Source: Octopus vulgaris (lineage: Eukaryota). From it: a stretch of DNA of 64,000 nucleotides. Shown piece after piece: positions 38,861 through 53,889 of this stretch. Within the stretch, counting starts at the first letter, position 1, and every line of letters begins with the position of its first letter. The notes beneath the pieces are model-generated. The model did no database searches. It was given only the letters and a program-made list of their open reading frames with translations, and was not told the DNA's origin. Location: positions 93,558,001 to 93,622,000 of the forward strand of contig OX597822.1 in NCBI GenBank assembly GCA_951406725.2. The letters run 5' to 3'. Made by a program: the position numbers and the translations under genes.

Positions 38861-39612
38861 GGTGCTAGGACACTTCGCCCCCGGTTATTTCGTCGTCGGT
38901 AATTTATCCCCAATCAATTCATCGTGATCAATTTATTCCCAGGTCAATTCGTCACTGGTCAATTCATCCCAAAATACCCTTAAATTTGATTTTCGAGGGA
39001 AAGTTTAGAACAATCACTTTAGAATTAAAATTGTAGTTGGACAGTTTTAGATATTTGTTTCCTTTCTTTACCCCCACTTTCTCTCAAGTGTCTGCGCTGA
39101 GCAGTTTACGAACAAAGATTTTCAAGCAAATCGAATTAAATGTATTCATTACGCCTGTCCATCATCATGACTACCTGCAAGTTCATAGCTTCAGAGAAAG
39201 GAAAACTCAAGTGATCGATCAAGAAAATTATATATACACAAAAACTAAGCAGAATGCAGATAGATTGAAATTTGGAAACTTATTGATATGATTAAACGTG
39301 AGGAAATGTTTGCCACTACCAAATTGCAGAAGTTTATGCCAAGGAAAACAACCAAGCCAAAAGAAAAGATACAGAGATATGAACTTGCGTATAAAAAATG
39401 TCATGGAAAAATATGATCCAAGCCCCAAAATTATTTTTTCTAAAAGCAATTGCACACTTTCTTAAATTTTAAGAAAAAATAAATATGTAAAACAGCAAAC
39501 CTTAAAATAAACCTTTTTTAATTCCTATGATCTCGACGAACTGACCAACGACGAATTGACTGGGGACAAATTAAACGACGACAAATTGCCGTCGACGAAT
39601 TGACTTGACATC
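38861..39612 (+). mobile_element. Internally deleted MULE-like transposon
   Basis: Inverted arrays of ~15-bp subterminal repeats (caattcgtc / gacgaattg); internal WKLIDMIKREEM and KKRYRDMNLRIKNVMEKY resemble MULE transposase C-termini. Confidence 0.65.
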
Positions 39613-39720
39613 ATATATATAATTAATCTTAATTATATTTAATTTATATAAAAAATTTTATGTATTGGATTAAGTCTTTCTTTGTTTGATTTGTATAATA
39701 GTGGTTTTGTCTCTAATTAA

Positions 39721-39786
<66 letters not shown>

Positions 39787-39834
39787 GGTGGGTGTAAATA
39801 TACATATATATATACATATATATATACATACACA

Positions 39835-39869
<35 letters not shown>

Positions 39870-39878
39870 GTATGTATG

Positions 39879-39909
<31 letters not shown>

Positions 39910-39930
39910 ATATATATATGTATGTATGTA

Positions 39931-39981
<51 letters not shown>

Positions 39982-41223
39982 ATATATATTACTTGTTTCA
40001 GTCACTGGGCAGCGCGAATCGACTCCAGTACTTTTTTTTTTAATTAAAGCCTGGCACTTATTCTGTCCATTTCCTTTGCAGAACCGCTAAATTACGGGGA
40101 CGTAAACAGGCCAACACCGGTTGTCCAGTGATGGTGAGGGACAAACTCGATACAAAGACATACACACACACACATAAAACAAATATGGGTTGAGGTGGCT
40201 CGAAGCTATAGTAGAAGGCACCTGCATAAGGTGCCACGCAGCGGGACTGAACCCGGAACCATGAGGTTGGGAAGCAATTTGTCTATACAGTTGCGCAAAA
40301 AGACTTTAGAGATTGTGATAGTCTCTAAAAGAGAAATACAATTTTTAAAATTTATTTTTTTTGTGTGGCCCAGGACCAAATGCTCCATGGCCCTTTACAG
40401 GTCCACAGTCAGGTGGTTGGAGATCTTTGGTGTATATAAAGCCTCTTTATCTTTATTCACCTGGTGAATATTTGTAATCGAATTTCTTCATGATTAAGAA
40501 TTAAGAACAATCACTTTAGAATTAAAATTGTAGTTGGACAGTTTTAGATATTTGTTTCCTTTCTTTACCCCCACTTTCTCTCAAGTGTCTGCGCTGAGCA
40601 GTTTACGAACAAAGATTTTCAAGCAAATCGAATTAAATGTTATGCATTACGCCTGGGCCATCATCATGACTACCTGCAAGTTCATAGCTTCAGAGAAAGG
40701 AAAACTCAAGTGATCGATCAAGAAAAATTATATATACACAAAAACTAAGCAGAATGCAGATAGATTGAAATTTGGAAACTTATTGATATGATTAAACGTG
40801 AGGAAATGTTTGCCACTACCAAATTGCAGAAGTTTATGCCAAGGAAAACAACCAAGCCAAAAAGAAAGATACAGAGATATGAACTTGCGTATAAAAAATG
40901 TCATGGAAAAATATGATCCAAGCCCCAAAATTATTTTTTTCTAAAAGCAATTGTACACTTTCTTAAATTTTAAGAAAAAATAAATATGTAAAACAGCAAA
41001 CCTTAAAATAAACCTTTTTTAATTCCTATGATCTCGACGAACTGACCAACGACGAATTGACTGGGGACAAATTAAACGACGACAAATTGCCGTCGACGAA
41101 TTGACTTGACATCATATATATAATTAATCTTAATTATATTTAATTTATATAAAAAATTTTATGTATTGGATTAAGTCTTTCTTTGTTTGATTTGTATAAT
41201 AGTGGTTTTGTCTCTAATTAATA

Positions 41224-41291
<68 letters not shown>

Positions 41292-41339
41292 GGTGGGTGT
41301 AAATATACATATATATATACATATATATATACATACACA

Positions 41340-41374
<35 letters not shown>

Positions 41375-41383
41375 GTATGTATG

Positions 41384-41414
<31 letters not shown>

Positions 41415-41435
41415 ATATATATATGTATGTATGTA

Positions 41436-41486
<51 letters not shown>

Positions 41487-41650
41487 ATATATATTACTTG
41501 TTTCAGTCACTGATACAAAGACATACACACACACACACAAATATGATTGGGGGTGGATCGAAGCTATAGTAGAAGGCACCTGCAAAAGGTGTCACGCAGT
41601 GGGACTGAACCCGGAACCGTGAGGTTGGGGAGCAGGTTTTCTATACAGTT
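39007..41650 (+). repeat. Local direct duplication (39007-40007 vs 40504-41512; then ~40149-40293 vs ~41512-41652)
   Basis: Near-identical ~1 kb including the compound microsatellite; offset ~1.5 kb. Confidence 0.92.
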
Positions 41651-41782
41651 GCTCAATGTAAGCTGAGTTACAGTGTTTGAACAAAAGATGGAATGGTCTC
41701 GAATAGAAGACCTTTCATCGTTAATCAGTTTAATAGTTGCTGATCTGGGGCTATATAACAACAGCAAAACAACTTTTGCGTG

Positions 41783-41795
41783 TAAGACAAAAATA

Positions 41796-41860
<65 letters not shown>

Positions 41861-41893
41861 TGTATGAGTGTGTGCATTGTTTATCTATCTATT

Positions 41894-41926
<33 letters not shown>

Positions 41927-42037
41927 GTCATTGTAAGAAAAAAATTGATAACATTCTTCAGACATATTGACTCAAATATATATTTTCTAACCTTTTAAAA
42001 CAAGCCTTCTGTAGTTTTTTCACTTTTTACTATTTTC

Positions 42038-42119
<82 letters not shown>

Positions 42120-43085
42120 GAAATAGAAAGATGAATAAGCATGGCCGCAGTCAAATGACTGAAACAAGTAAAAGAGTAAAAGAGTAAAATTACAAGGGAT
42201 CAGCAGGGTCTATAAATCTCTTCTTTTGACTAATCTGGTGGGGATAATTGAATTTTAATATTATTAGTGAATTGAAGAAATGGAGTTGAACGAAGATTGA
42301 ACAAAAATAGATTATTGCATTCTACACGTGTTTCGAAAGGCACAATTTACCAAATTCCGATTGAATAAGGAGACCATATTGTGTCTTTCTCTTCAGGAAG
42401 AAATGGGAAATCCGTTGGAAAAAACAAAAACAGAACAGAGGCGGAGCAAAACAAATCGAACGAGGCTCCTAAACCTCTGAAACTGTTTATCAATGTATGT
42501 TGAAGACTGGTGGTGGGTGCGTTGAAGGTTTTAACGGGTCAGGCAGCGGTCATTCCGGTGGGTGGGAGCACGGGGTGCTTAGATGTTCTTTGTGACCGAG
42601 ACTAAAGTTCTGACTATTTAAAGAATATTAGGTGTATTATATGGGGCGAGCCAAAATCTACTTAGAAACATGTGTGTGTGTACTGTTCTATGTGTTCGTA
42701 TGTGCGCTTGATCACGTGGCCGTCAGTTGGTAAACAGCCCTACACAATGGTCACTGCTGTAAAATCCGTCGGGTGGCAGAAAGAAATTTTCTATGTGTGC
42801 GTGTGTTCGTCTAAACCTGCCTTGTCAAAGGAACCCCCCGTCGTCAAGACAAACCACCATTCGTCTCCCAGGAGTAATTTCCCTTGCAATGGTTAATCAT
42901 ATTTCTCTTAAAAGTTTTTCAGAATTTATTTCCAAGGGCTATTTTCATATAAGTAGTGTAACCGGGTGCAGGTATTATTTATAAGCGTTATTTATAAGCA
43001 AGATAAGTATAACGCCGCCAGTGGGGGCATCGAAAAGCCGACTGTAAAAGTCCGTTTACCATCCGGTCTAAGACAAAAATATATA

Positions 43086-43121
<36 letters not shown>

Positions 43122-43123
43122 TG

Positions 43124-43154
<31 letters not shown>

Positions 43155-43192
43155 TGTATGTAATGTATGAGTGTGTGCATTGTTTATCTATC

Positions 43193-43247
<55 letters not shown>

Positions 43248-43362
43248 CTATGTCATTGTAAGAAAAAAATTGATAACATTCTTCAGACATATTGACTCAA
43301 ATATATATTTTCTAACCTTTTAAAACAAGCCTTCTGTAGTTTTTTCACTTTTTACTATTTTC

Positions 43363-43375
<13 letters not shown>
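41783..43375 (+). repeat. Direct repeat of ~270-300 bp (41783-42050 vs 43069-43375) around a ~1-kb segment
   Basis: taagacaaaaat...gtcattgtaagaaaaaaattgataacattc...ttctatataaa occurs twice, differing mainly in microsatellite length. Confidence 0.9.
42320..42399 (-). ncRNA. Type I hammerhead ribozyme, canonical core
   Basis: Reverse complement ttc CTGAAGA gaaagacacaat...attgtgcctttc GAAA cacgtg TA gaa; flank atggagttgaacgaagatt resembles that of the 15.9-kb copy. Confidence 0.82.
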
Positions 43376-43407
<32 letters not shown>

Positions 43408-43409
<2 letters not shown>

Positions 43410-43806
43410 CTCTTTTACTTGTTTCAGTCATTTGATTGGGGCCATACTGGAGCACCGCCTTTAGTCGAGTAAATCGACCCTAGGACTTATTCTTTGTAAG
43501 TCTAGTACTCATTCTATCGGTCCCTTTTGCTGAACCGCAAAGTTACGGGGACGTAAACACACAAGCATCGGTTGTCAAGCGATGTTGGGGGGACAAACAT
43601 ATACACACACAAACATATAAATATATACATACATACATATATACGACGGGCTTCTTTCAGTTTCCGTCTACCAAATCCACTCACAAGGCTTTGGTCGGCC
43701 CGAGGCTATAGTTGAAGACACTTGCCCAAGGTGTCACGCAGTGGGACTGAACACGGAAACATGTGGTTCGTAAGCAAGCTACTTACCACTTAGCCACTCT
43801 TACGCC

Positions 43807-43807
<1 letters not shown>
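43408..43807 (-). mobile_element. SINE family A
   Basis: Full-length reverse complement. Confidence 0.85.
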
Positions 43808-43853
<46 letters not shown>

Positions 43854-44647
43854 CTGTATGTGTATACATATGTATATGTATGTATATATGTGTATATATA
43901 TATATATATGTATGTGTATATATGTGTGCATATATTTGTGTGTATATGTATGTGTGTGTAAGTGTGCGCGCGCGTATATATTTCACTGTGTGAAATGGAG
44001 GAGGGTTTCCTAGTACTTAAAATATTGGGCACAAAATCAATAAGGTCGTGGTTTTCGTTCATGTACTGTGTAGCACAGCATATCTTTCAATAATGCACAC
44101 CACTTTATGTTGTTTCAGTTTAAGCAACTAAAAATGAGTACCTCAGCCCCTCTCAAATCTCTCTCTACCCCCCTCTTTTCTCTCTCACTCTCTCTCTAGC
44201 TGTTACACCCTGGATTTTATGTTAAGAAGGCCAAAAGGGTAAGTTAACATGCAGTTTAGTGTTGTACAAAAGTGAAAGTAAATTGTGATAGAAACTGGAA
44301 GTGACTAAAGTTGAATTCCATAATTTTATTAATCTTATATAACATGAAAATGATACATATAGAACGTGTGTATAGCTTTTTTACGGCCTCTGAACCTATC
44401 TGCCACATATGGTCATAGAGATTACGATACAAATAAAGCAACCCTAGTTCTGCATTGTTACCTAAGTTTCTTTTTGCGAGAATGGTTCACAACTTCACAA
44501 CAATATGCGTGGCCCATCCCGTCGGATATCAAATGCATCCCCGTGGTTTTTCACTGATGTTGTTGGGTATATTACGTTACAGAGGTTGTTTCAGAAATGC
44601 TTATGCTCTCACTAGACTATATTATATAACTAGGATATCTTTTATCA

Positions 44648-44931
44648 TTTAATTGTTTTAGTCATTAGACTGCGGCCATGCTGCAGCACCGACTTGAAGA
44701 GTTTTTAGTCGAATGAATCAACCCCCAGTACTTTTTTTAAATTTGGTACTTATTCTATCGGCCCTTTTGTCGAATTGCTAAGTTACGTGGATATAAACAC
44801 ACAAACGCTGGTTGTCAAACGGTGGTGGGGAGCAAACACAGACACAAAGACAAACACACACATATATAAGTATGTATGTATGTGTGTATGTATGTATGTA
44901 TGCATGCATGTATGTATGCATGCGTGCGTGC

Positions 44932-44967
<36 letters not shown>

Positions 44968-45177
44968 ATGTATGTATGTATGTATGTATGTATGTATGTA
45001 TGTGTATACATAGATACGTTGGGCTTTTTCAGTTTCCGTTTACCAAATCCGCTCACAAGGTTTTGGATGATCCAATGCTATAGTAGAAAACACTTGCCCA
45101 AAGTTCCACGCAGTGGGACTGAACCCAGATCCATGTGGTTGGGAAGCAAAACTTCTTACCACACAACCACGCCTGCA
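44648..45177 (-). mobile_element. SINE family A, older copy
   Basis: Diverged reverse complement with internal (TATG)n. Confidence 0.75.
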
Positions 45178-45773
45178 CCAAATAAAAATGATTAGTAGCC
45201 GTTATAAAAAATGGAAATATTTACCTATCAAATTCTGAATGATCACTCTATGTCATTAAACGATCCCTGGTTTTATGAAATTATGGGGTGTCACTCTCGT
45301 CACTTCCGGCGCAATTTACTTTCACGACACCAAAGAGCATTTTTTAACTAAAAGGATACTTATGCCCACACGTCTCTATATAGGCACCTAAAACAATGAA
45401 CAAAAGCCTAACGCTTACCACGTCTTCTTAATCGGTTACAAGTGATGGCTGAAATTTTTCATGTATATCTGTATTTTTTCCTTTCCGATAAAAATATCAA
45501 GGATACTATTGTTCAACAGAAAGCTCAATACATTAGCAATGTAGAATATGTACTCTTTTATTCAGAATATTGACTTTACCGTATATGCAAGTTGTAAAGT
45601 GTTCTTACATCTCGTGGGAAGAATATATTTATATCAACAGCCAACAACTATTTACGCAGGGCAAAACTAAATATTGCACATTCGTTGTTTTTAATGTTGG
45701 CCTGCTGCCTCCAACAACATACATACATGCATACTATATATATATATATATATAAATATATATATATATAAAT

Positions 45774-45804
<31 letters not shown>

Positions 45805-45834
45805 ATATTAAATATATATATTATACATGTCTCA

Positions 45835-45891
<57 letters not shown>

Positions 45892-45958
45892 CATACATAC
45901 ATACACATATATATGCATATACATATGTATATATATATATATATGTGTGTGTGTGTGA

Positions 45959-46005
<47 letters not shown>

Positions 46006-46637
46006 TATTATATATTGTATGTATGTATATTATATTATCAATCTCTCTCTCACTCCCTGTATGCGCAGGCGCGCACGTGTGTGCATATATGTATGTATGT
46101 ATGTATGTATGTATTATGTATGTATTATGTATGTATATATGTATGTATGTATATACATACATACATGTTAGACGTTGATGTAAACAGAAATTACGGCCTC
46201 TCTGGAGATGTGCAAACACATTTAAACGCTAACGTATGCTGTAATGCTATTATTGTAAACGTATGCATACATATGCGTGTACACATGTATATGCGGGGGA
46301 AGTGGCTAAAATTTGTCCTGTTTATAATTATACTATGTTACACACACACACACATACACACACAGACATACACAGTCGATTCAAATAAACGAACAATAAA
46401 ATTAACAATAACAGGCAACGAGAGGACGTGCACAAGGAATCCATTAGTTTGACGCTCAGCTGTCCCTTAAGGGTAAGATATTGTGCATCTAGTTGTGGGG
46501 CATCAATCAGTGCAGTCTGTGTGGCCTCAAGTGTTTGGTATAAAACATCTTACTACATGTTTTACTCTCCCGTATTACGTGGGTAACATGTGCTTTAATC
46601 AGCATACTAATAGACAAATACCCAGAGTCCAAATAAT

Positions 46638-46677
<40 letters not shown>

Positions 46678-47506
46678 GAAATATGTTATAAAAAGAAAAT
46701 ATAAAATACACGTGGAAATGTAAGGGTAAAATATGAAAAATCAACGAAAATGCACATTGCAAATAAAAAAAGGCTATTTATGACAGGTAACGACAAATAT
46801 ATACATTTAGATTGACTGAGGTAGTAATACGAGTCATAAGAGTCATTATTATGAGATGATTATAAGATGATAATAAAGTAAGACAACAAAACGGACCATG
46901 ATTTACGCAAAGCTATTCATCGTTTATATATATATATATATATATATCACCGTGACCGACCAGGCTATCAGATGTTGCTACACATCGCTGGACACAATGC
47001 GCTTCGCATTGTTTTAGCCTTCAAATGACGCCACGATTCGTGGAGCTTTTAAGTGTTTTCGCTCAATAAACACTCACACCGCACACACACATACACACAT
47101 ACACACACACACACATATATATAAAATAGGGTTGCTGTCATAACACATGAATATAAATTGTAGAACTTTATAGATGCTGGATTTCGGTTGAGCGTTCTGT
47201 ATCTAGTTTTGGAAATTGTGTTTTGTAAACGACAGACTATGCTGATGATCTTGCAGATGTTTACGTGTCCATATACGTTAATATTAACAAGTGAAACGAA
47301 TTAGTACATAGGTAATGGTTTTTTATTTCGTATATTTTCATTTGTTTTGCTTATTTTTACGCTTTGGTTTTTTGCTGAGTTTTTTCTTGAGAACACATTC
47401 TTCGTGGAAAATGGCGATTTTGATGTCTATATCTAGCATACATGCTGTCCACTTTTAGTGGTCTGTCCTCTAAATTTTGTACGTGTGTGTGTGTATATAT
47501 ATATAT

Positions 47507-47549
<43 letters not shown>

Positions 47550-47737
47550 TATAGATATATATATAGTATAGAGTAAGATAGGGGTTATGGGTATAACCCA
47601 CTACGGGATATCAATTATCCAATACACTGTTGGTAAAGTATCCAAATTCTTAATAAATAAATGTTTTTAATTGCAATGCAATTAATTCATTTATTGTATT
47701 AAACGGGTGAAGGTAAAGAAATATTTTTACCGTAAAT

Positions 47738-47870
47738 TTATAATACAAATAAGAAAATGAAGAAACAAATTTGGCTTGTTCATCAACTTACGGATTTTAT
47801 AATGTTATTTAATATACGTAAGTTGATGAACAAACTGAATTTGTTTCTCCATTTTCTTATTTGTATTATA
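47738..47870. repeat. Inverted repeat, ~55-bp arms
   Basis: tataatacaaataagaaaatgaagaaacaaatt...gttcatcaacttacg / cgtaagttgatgaac...aatttgtttctccattttcttatttgtattata. Confidence 0.85.
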
Positions 47871-47981
47871 TATATATATCGTTGCTTTTATGTTAAACTG
47901 TCCTATGTACAAATTTGGCCAAATGCGTTTTTTTCAGTATTCATTTTTGCTTGCAATAGCAAGTTCTTTTGTTATTGCACT

Positions 47982-48504
47982 GTTGTGTCACGAAGCCAAC
48001 TAGAAACGGTGTTTCTTGGGGCTAAATAGCAGTAGCATTCTTCCATTTCCTGGGACTGCTACACTAAGTTGGCAACAAGCCATCACTTTATCGTGCTGCA
48101 ACTGCATAACTCTATCTGAGAGATTTAGAAATGAAATATTTCTAATTTTGTAGATTAGTGAATTTATTTCACTGGAAATTCTAAAAATTTTCAACAGCGA
48201 TTTAGCACCGACAGCTAGCAAAGCCGAGTCACTCCAGGCTGGTGAAGGGCAACTACCCTGAAAGTAGTCACTGTATGCTGACTTTATTTGGTAAAGGTGC
48301 TTATCTCCCCTGTTTGAAGACTTAACGACACAGAAAGCTTGTGTCACGTAGCCAAGCAGAAACGGTGTTTCTTGGGGCTAAATAGTAGTAGCATTATTCC
48401 CTTTCTTGGGACTGCCACATTAAGTTGGCAACAAATCATCACATTATCGTGCTGTTACTGCATAACTCTCTCTCTAAGAGATTTAGAAATGCAATATTTC
48501 TAAT
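47982..48504. repeat. Diverged direct repeat, ~165 bp, period ~355 bp
   Basis: ttgtgtcacg...agaaacggtgtttcttggggctaaatag...atatttctaat at ~47982-48145 and ~48339-48504. Confidence 0.8.
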
Positions 48505-48757
48505 GTCATATATATATGTATAATCATATATGTGTTTATATATATATAGATATATATGCGTGCATACATACATACATACATACATGCATACATACATACA
48601 TACATACATACATACATACATACATACATACATACATACATACATACATACATACATAGTTAATCCAAACAAGAAAGCACTAAAAAACACAACTACGCGA
48701 GGACGTGGAACAAATATAGTATTATTGGACGCTCAGAAAAGAAGGAAAGAAGGAGGG

Positions 48758-48790
48758 TTTATCGTTTCGAGCGGAGCTCTTCGTCGGAAA
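48758..48790 (-). ncRNA. Minimal hammerhead variant (core CCGACGA), cleavage triplet mutated
   Basis: Reverse complement ttt CCGACGA a gagc-tcc-gctc GAAA cg AT aaa, inside a ~230-bp element homologous to 14611-14740. Confidence 0.55.
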
Positions 48791-49657
48791 CATAGGAGAA
48801 GGAAAGATCCAGAGAAGGGAAGACAGAGGAAAAAAAATCGCCAACTGTACACACGAGATCACATTTTGAAAGACCGAAATACATGCATACATACATACAT
48901 ACATACATACATACATACATACATACATACATACATACATACATACATACATACATACATACATACACACACACACATACACACGCACACGTATATGTAT
49001 AGTTTAATGAAGATATATGAGCTGAGGATACTGCTTTGGCGAAAGTGAACTGCAAAGAAAAAAAGCACCCCATTTTTACAGTTTTTTTTTTACGTTATTA
49101 AAATGAGGGGCCCATTGAATTTTTTGCTGCGCTCTCTGTGGATACTTGAGGTTATGACAGCAACCCTGTTGGGCGTACGTTATTCAATCCCTATATATTA
49201 CAGGAAAAAGAGATAGATGTTGGCAGGATATTACTATAGAACGACTGAAACAATCATTATTGCATATTTCATGTAGAATAGAAAATTTGAACAAGAAAAT
49301 AAATGTGTAGAAATATGATCAGTTTATGGGTTGTAAACCAGTCATCAAAGCAGCACTTATGTTTTTAAGGATTTCCAGATAAATTTCTTGTAATGAAACC
49401 CCAAACTGAAAAGTCTGGTGGTGTGACAGTTCAGCTCAGCTGCAAATATCAAAATAGCAATTGAAATGCTGATGATAAAGCACAGTGTGTGTGTGTGTAT
49501 GAGTGTGTGCACGCGCGCACGTTTGTGTTGAAGCTTCTACACGTCGTAGTAATGTCGCCTTTGTCTTCGTTACCGCCCATGGTATCAACACTAACACCAA
49601 TAACACCACTATTGTTTCTACTGCCAAAACGTTCTTCTCTCTCTTTCTGTCTGTCTG

Positions 49658-49704
<47 letters not shown>

Positions 49705-49777
49705 CTTCTCTCTCTCTTCATATATATATATATATAATGTACGTATGTGTGTGTGTGTATGCATGTGCAAATGCATG

Positions 49778-49841
<64 letters not shown>

Positions 49842-50012
49842 TATCCATCCTGCTATCTATCAATGTATGTGGTGAGAAGCTAGCCTCCCAACGACATAGT
49901 TCCGGATTCAGCTCCACTGTGTGCCACCTTGGGCAAGTATCTTCCACTATAGCCTCGGACCGACTAAAGCCTTGTGTTGTGGATTCAATAAATAGAAACT
50001 GAAAGAAGCTCG

Positions 50013-50080
<68 letters not shown>

Positions 50081-50272
50081 CTTCTGCAGATTCTGCCGAA
50101 TACAGTCTTCACATGCATGGATAGACAAACTGCAATATACTAATTAACCAATAACTGGCACACTGACCACTGGTACTACCCCGGGTTAGAGTAGTCCTGG
50201 GAACAATTGTGGTTTAGGGATGGTACCAAACTATATCTAACCCAAGCAGTTTTATTTGTTTATTTGCATCAT

Positions 50273-50340
<68 letters not shown>

Positions 50341-51367
50341 ATATATCAGGTCTTATTCTTTGTAAGCCTAGTACCTATTCTATCAGTCACTTTTGATGAA
50401 CTTCTAGGTTACGGGACGTAAACACACCAGCATCGGTTGTCAAGCGATGATGGGAGGACATTTTTTTGGTATAGTGGTGGTGGTGATTTCCTGTAAATAT
50501 ATTTCCCTTCGTCCTCCACTTTCTTAACCAATGTGCCCCTTGCTACGCCCCTTGCTATCCTCTATTTACTTTCAAATCTGGAGAGGGGATATTGGTATGC
50601 ATGGGCGACTGCTGGTCTTCCATAAACGACCTTGCCTGGAGTTGTGCCTCGGGGGGTAACTTTGTAACTGCAATCATGGTCATTCACGACCGAAGAGGGT
50701 CCTTTTTTTCTTTCTTTCTTACCTTTTATCCTTTCGTGGTCGATGAAATATCACCAGTTACGCACTAGGGTGGATGAAATCGACTAGTCCCTTCCCTCAA
50801 AGTTTCGGGCTTTGTGCCTATAAAGGTGGCGAGCTGCCAGAGTCATTAGCAAGCCGGGCAAAATGCTTAGCAGCATTTCATCTGACTTTATGTTCTGAGT
50901 TTGAATGTTACCGACGTCGATTTAGCTTTCATTCTTTCGGGGTCGATAAAATAAGTACCTGTTAAACACTGTGGTCAATGTAATCGACTTACCCACTTTC
51001 CCGAAATTGCTGGCCGTGTGTCAAAACTTGAAACCATTATTACTATTATTAAAGTATGAAGCTTGCAGAACCGTTAGCGGTCGAAGAAAATACCGACTGG
51101 CATTGTTTTCCGGCTGTTTATATTCTGAATTGAAACGCTGTCGAGGTCGACTTTGTCTTTCATCGTTTCGGAGTCGGTAAACAGGTACTAGTCGAGCACT
51201 GGGGTTGATGTAATCGACTAGATCCATCCCCTAAATACTGCTGGCCTTGTACCAAAATCAGAAAGGATTATTAAGACAGTGAGCCGGCAGAATCATTAGG
51301 GCGAAGAAAAATAAATACATTACAGCATTTCTTCTGGGTCTTTACAGTCTGAGTTCAAATCCCGCCG

Positions 51368-51590
51368 AGATAGGGGCTTTCTCCGTCCGGGTTGCGGATC
51401 CGTGGAATAAGCTGCCGGACGAGATAGTGAAGATGCCGACGACCGCTCGGTTCAAAGTCTCCCTTGACCACAAATGGCCTGAACTCTTTGCATGAACACC
51501 ACCCTGTACATAACTCCATGTCCCCCTACATGGCCTTGCTTTTTGCTTTTTGAGCCAAAAAATTAACTTAACTTAACTTAACTTAACTTA
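51368..51590 (+). mobile_element. CR1-clade LINE 3' end with (AACTT)n tail
   Basis: FSVRVADPWNKLPDEIVKMPTTARFKVSLDHKW (cf. FSxRVxxxWNxLP...FKxxLD); sits inside an old SINE B array at ~50720-51700. Confidence 0.85.
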
Positions 51591-53581
51591 TAATTCAACT
51601 GAGGTCATCGATAAAATATTATACCAGTTAAGCATTGAGGTTGATGTAATCGATTACGCCCTTCGCTGAAACTTTACTGGCTTTATGCCTGAAATGGGGA
51701 CCATTAATTTAGGACGAACGAGTCGGTATTGATGATATGCGGAGAGAATGAATTGTGAAAGTAGATTTTTCAGATAAATACACACAGACGTATACGCACA
51801 TACAGGCGCACTCGCAATCACATACACACACGGATACACATATATAGGCGTGCGCGCAACCACATACAACACTACCGCCAACAAAAACACCTCTTTTATT
51901 TAAGAAATATAATTGTTCACCGTGTTTAAACCACAACACTGTAAAGTGAACCCTACTGAGTGAAATAATCCCTCGTTCTTTTGTCACATTAACTTAAATG
52001 TGTGCGCGTGCATGTGTGTGTGTACGTGTTGTGTCTGAGGTTGTGTATGTGAAACTGTGTATATGTAGTTGTGTCTATACGTAAGTGTGGGTGTGTTTAT
52101 GTATGTGTGGCGGCTGTGTATCACATTGTCACTGTTATGTGGACGGATGAGTATGCGCGCATACATCAATGTGTATGCATGTATATATATGTACATGTGT
52201 GTGTGTGTGTCTGTGTGTATGGCTGCGTGTAACATTGCTTACTCTGTGTGTGCTCGTTAATGTATATGTATGTACGTTTGTGTGTATGTATGCATATATG
52301 TACACACACACACACACACACATAGAGAGAGAGGGGGAGAGAGAGAGAGAGAGAGAGGGGGGGAGAGAAGAGAGAGAGAGAGAGAGAGCGAAATAGTATG
52401 CATATATGTGTGTGTGTATGTGTTTGTGTGGTGAGTTCTTGTATCAATAGCTTGAATAAACAAACATATTCTTCTCTTCCAAACAGTGAGAACGCCATTT
52501 TTCCAGTAAGACCCAAAAAGCCACCCACCCCTAAACCTCTCGTAATTCAAACTGTTTCCCTGGACCCACCACTCTCCCCTGAAACCTTATTTCTCTCCTC
52601 GTCCATCTCTCCCACCACACTATTGTATCCCTCTCCCCCATCTCTCCTTATCTCTCAACTCATTTCTTTCTTTTCTCCATCTCAGTTCTTAATTCAAAGT
52701 TTACCACTTAACTTCCTTCTCGACACCCTTTTTTGTTCTTTTATCTTTGGCGTCCCTTCTATCCATCTACTCCCTAGCCCCGTTATAAAGAGGGTAAGCG
52801 GCGTAAGGTCAAAGTGGTGAAGGAGTTAACGGAAGAGGTCAAAAGGTATGAATTACAAGAAAGACACTTCTTACAACAAAACAGAACTCACTCACTTCTT
52901 TGCCTTCAGTTACAACTGGCTTTTACATTAATCTTGCTTCAATTTTCCCTTCCTTTTCATATACCATATTTTGTATCATTTGTTTCAGTCATTAGATTGC
53001 GGTCATGCTGGGGCACCGCTTTGAGGAAGCTTAGTCGAATGAATCGAGTCCTGTAGTTATTTTTTTAAACCTAGTACTTATTCTATAAGTCGATTGTGCC
53101 GAACCGCTTCGTTACGGGGACATAAATATACCAACACAAAGACACCCACATTCGCACATATATCTTACTGTATGTATCTATAAATGTGTATATAAATGTT
53201 TTTACACGTGTAGGCGTGGCTGTGTGGTAAGAAGCTTGCTTCCCAACCACATTGTTCGAGCCAACCAAAGCCTTGTGAGTGAAAACTGAAACAAGCCTGT
53301 TATATATATATATATATATATATATCTCACACAAAAAAACAAAAGACGAAGACAGGTGGTGTAGACAACAAACAGATGTATTAGTATAACGCTCGGGAAC
53401 TAAATAAGTCTTTAACGTTTGTAGCGTGGCCACAGCTCGTATTTTGAAACCGTATCAAAATATATATATATATAACGCTCTTCTTCAGAAACAGAGGAAA
53501 GTCCAATAGAAAAGGAAGACAGTGGAGGAAGAACACCGCCAACGATTCACATATGTCGTTACATTTTTAAATGTGTGTGTG

Positions 53582-53684
<103 letters not shown>

Positions 53685-53689
53685 GTATG

Positions 53690-53728
<39 letters not shown>

Positions 53729-53848
53729 AGAATTCACAAAATGACATAAGACGAAAGACAGGTGGTGTAGACAACAAACAGATGTATTAGTATAACACTC
53801 ATATATATACTTATATATATATATATATATATATTATACTTATATTTA

Positions 53849-53889
<41 letters not shown>

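Noticed and set aside
46800-46850. Hammerhead-like remnant on the minus strand
   Set aside because: Both core boxes would need several substitutions; not supportable.
47235-47256. DYADDLA reverse-transcriptase-like motif
   Set aside because: Isolated 7 codons with no convincing in-frame RT context.
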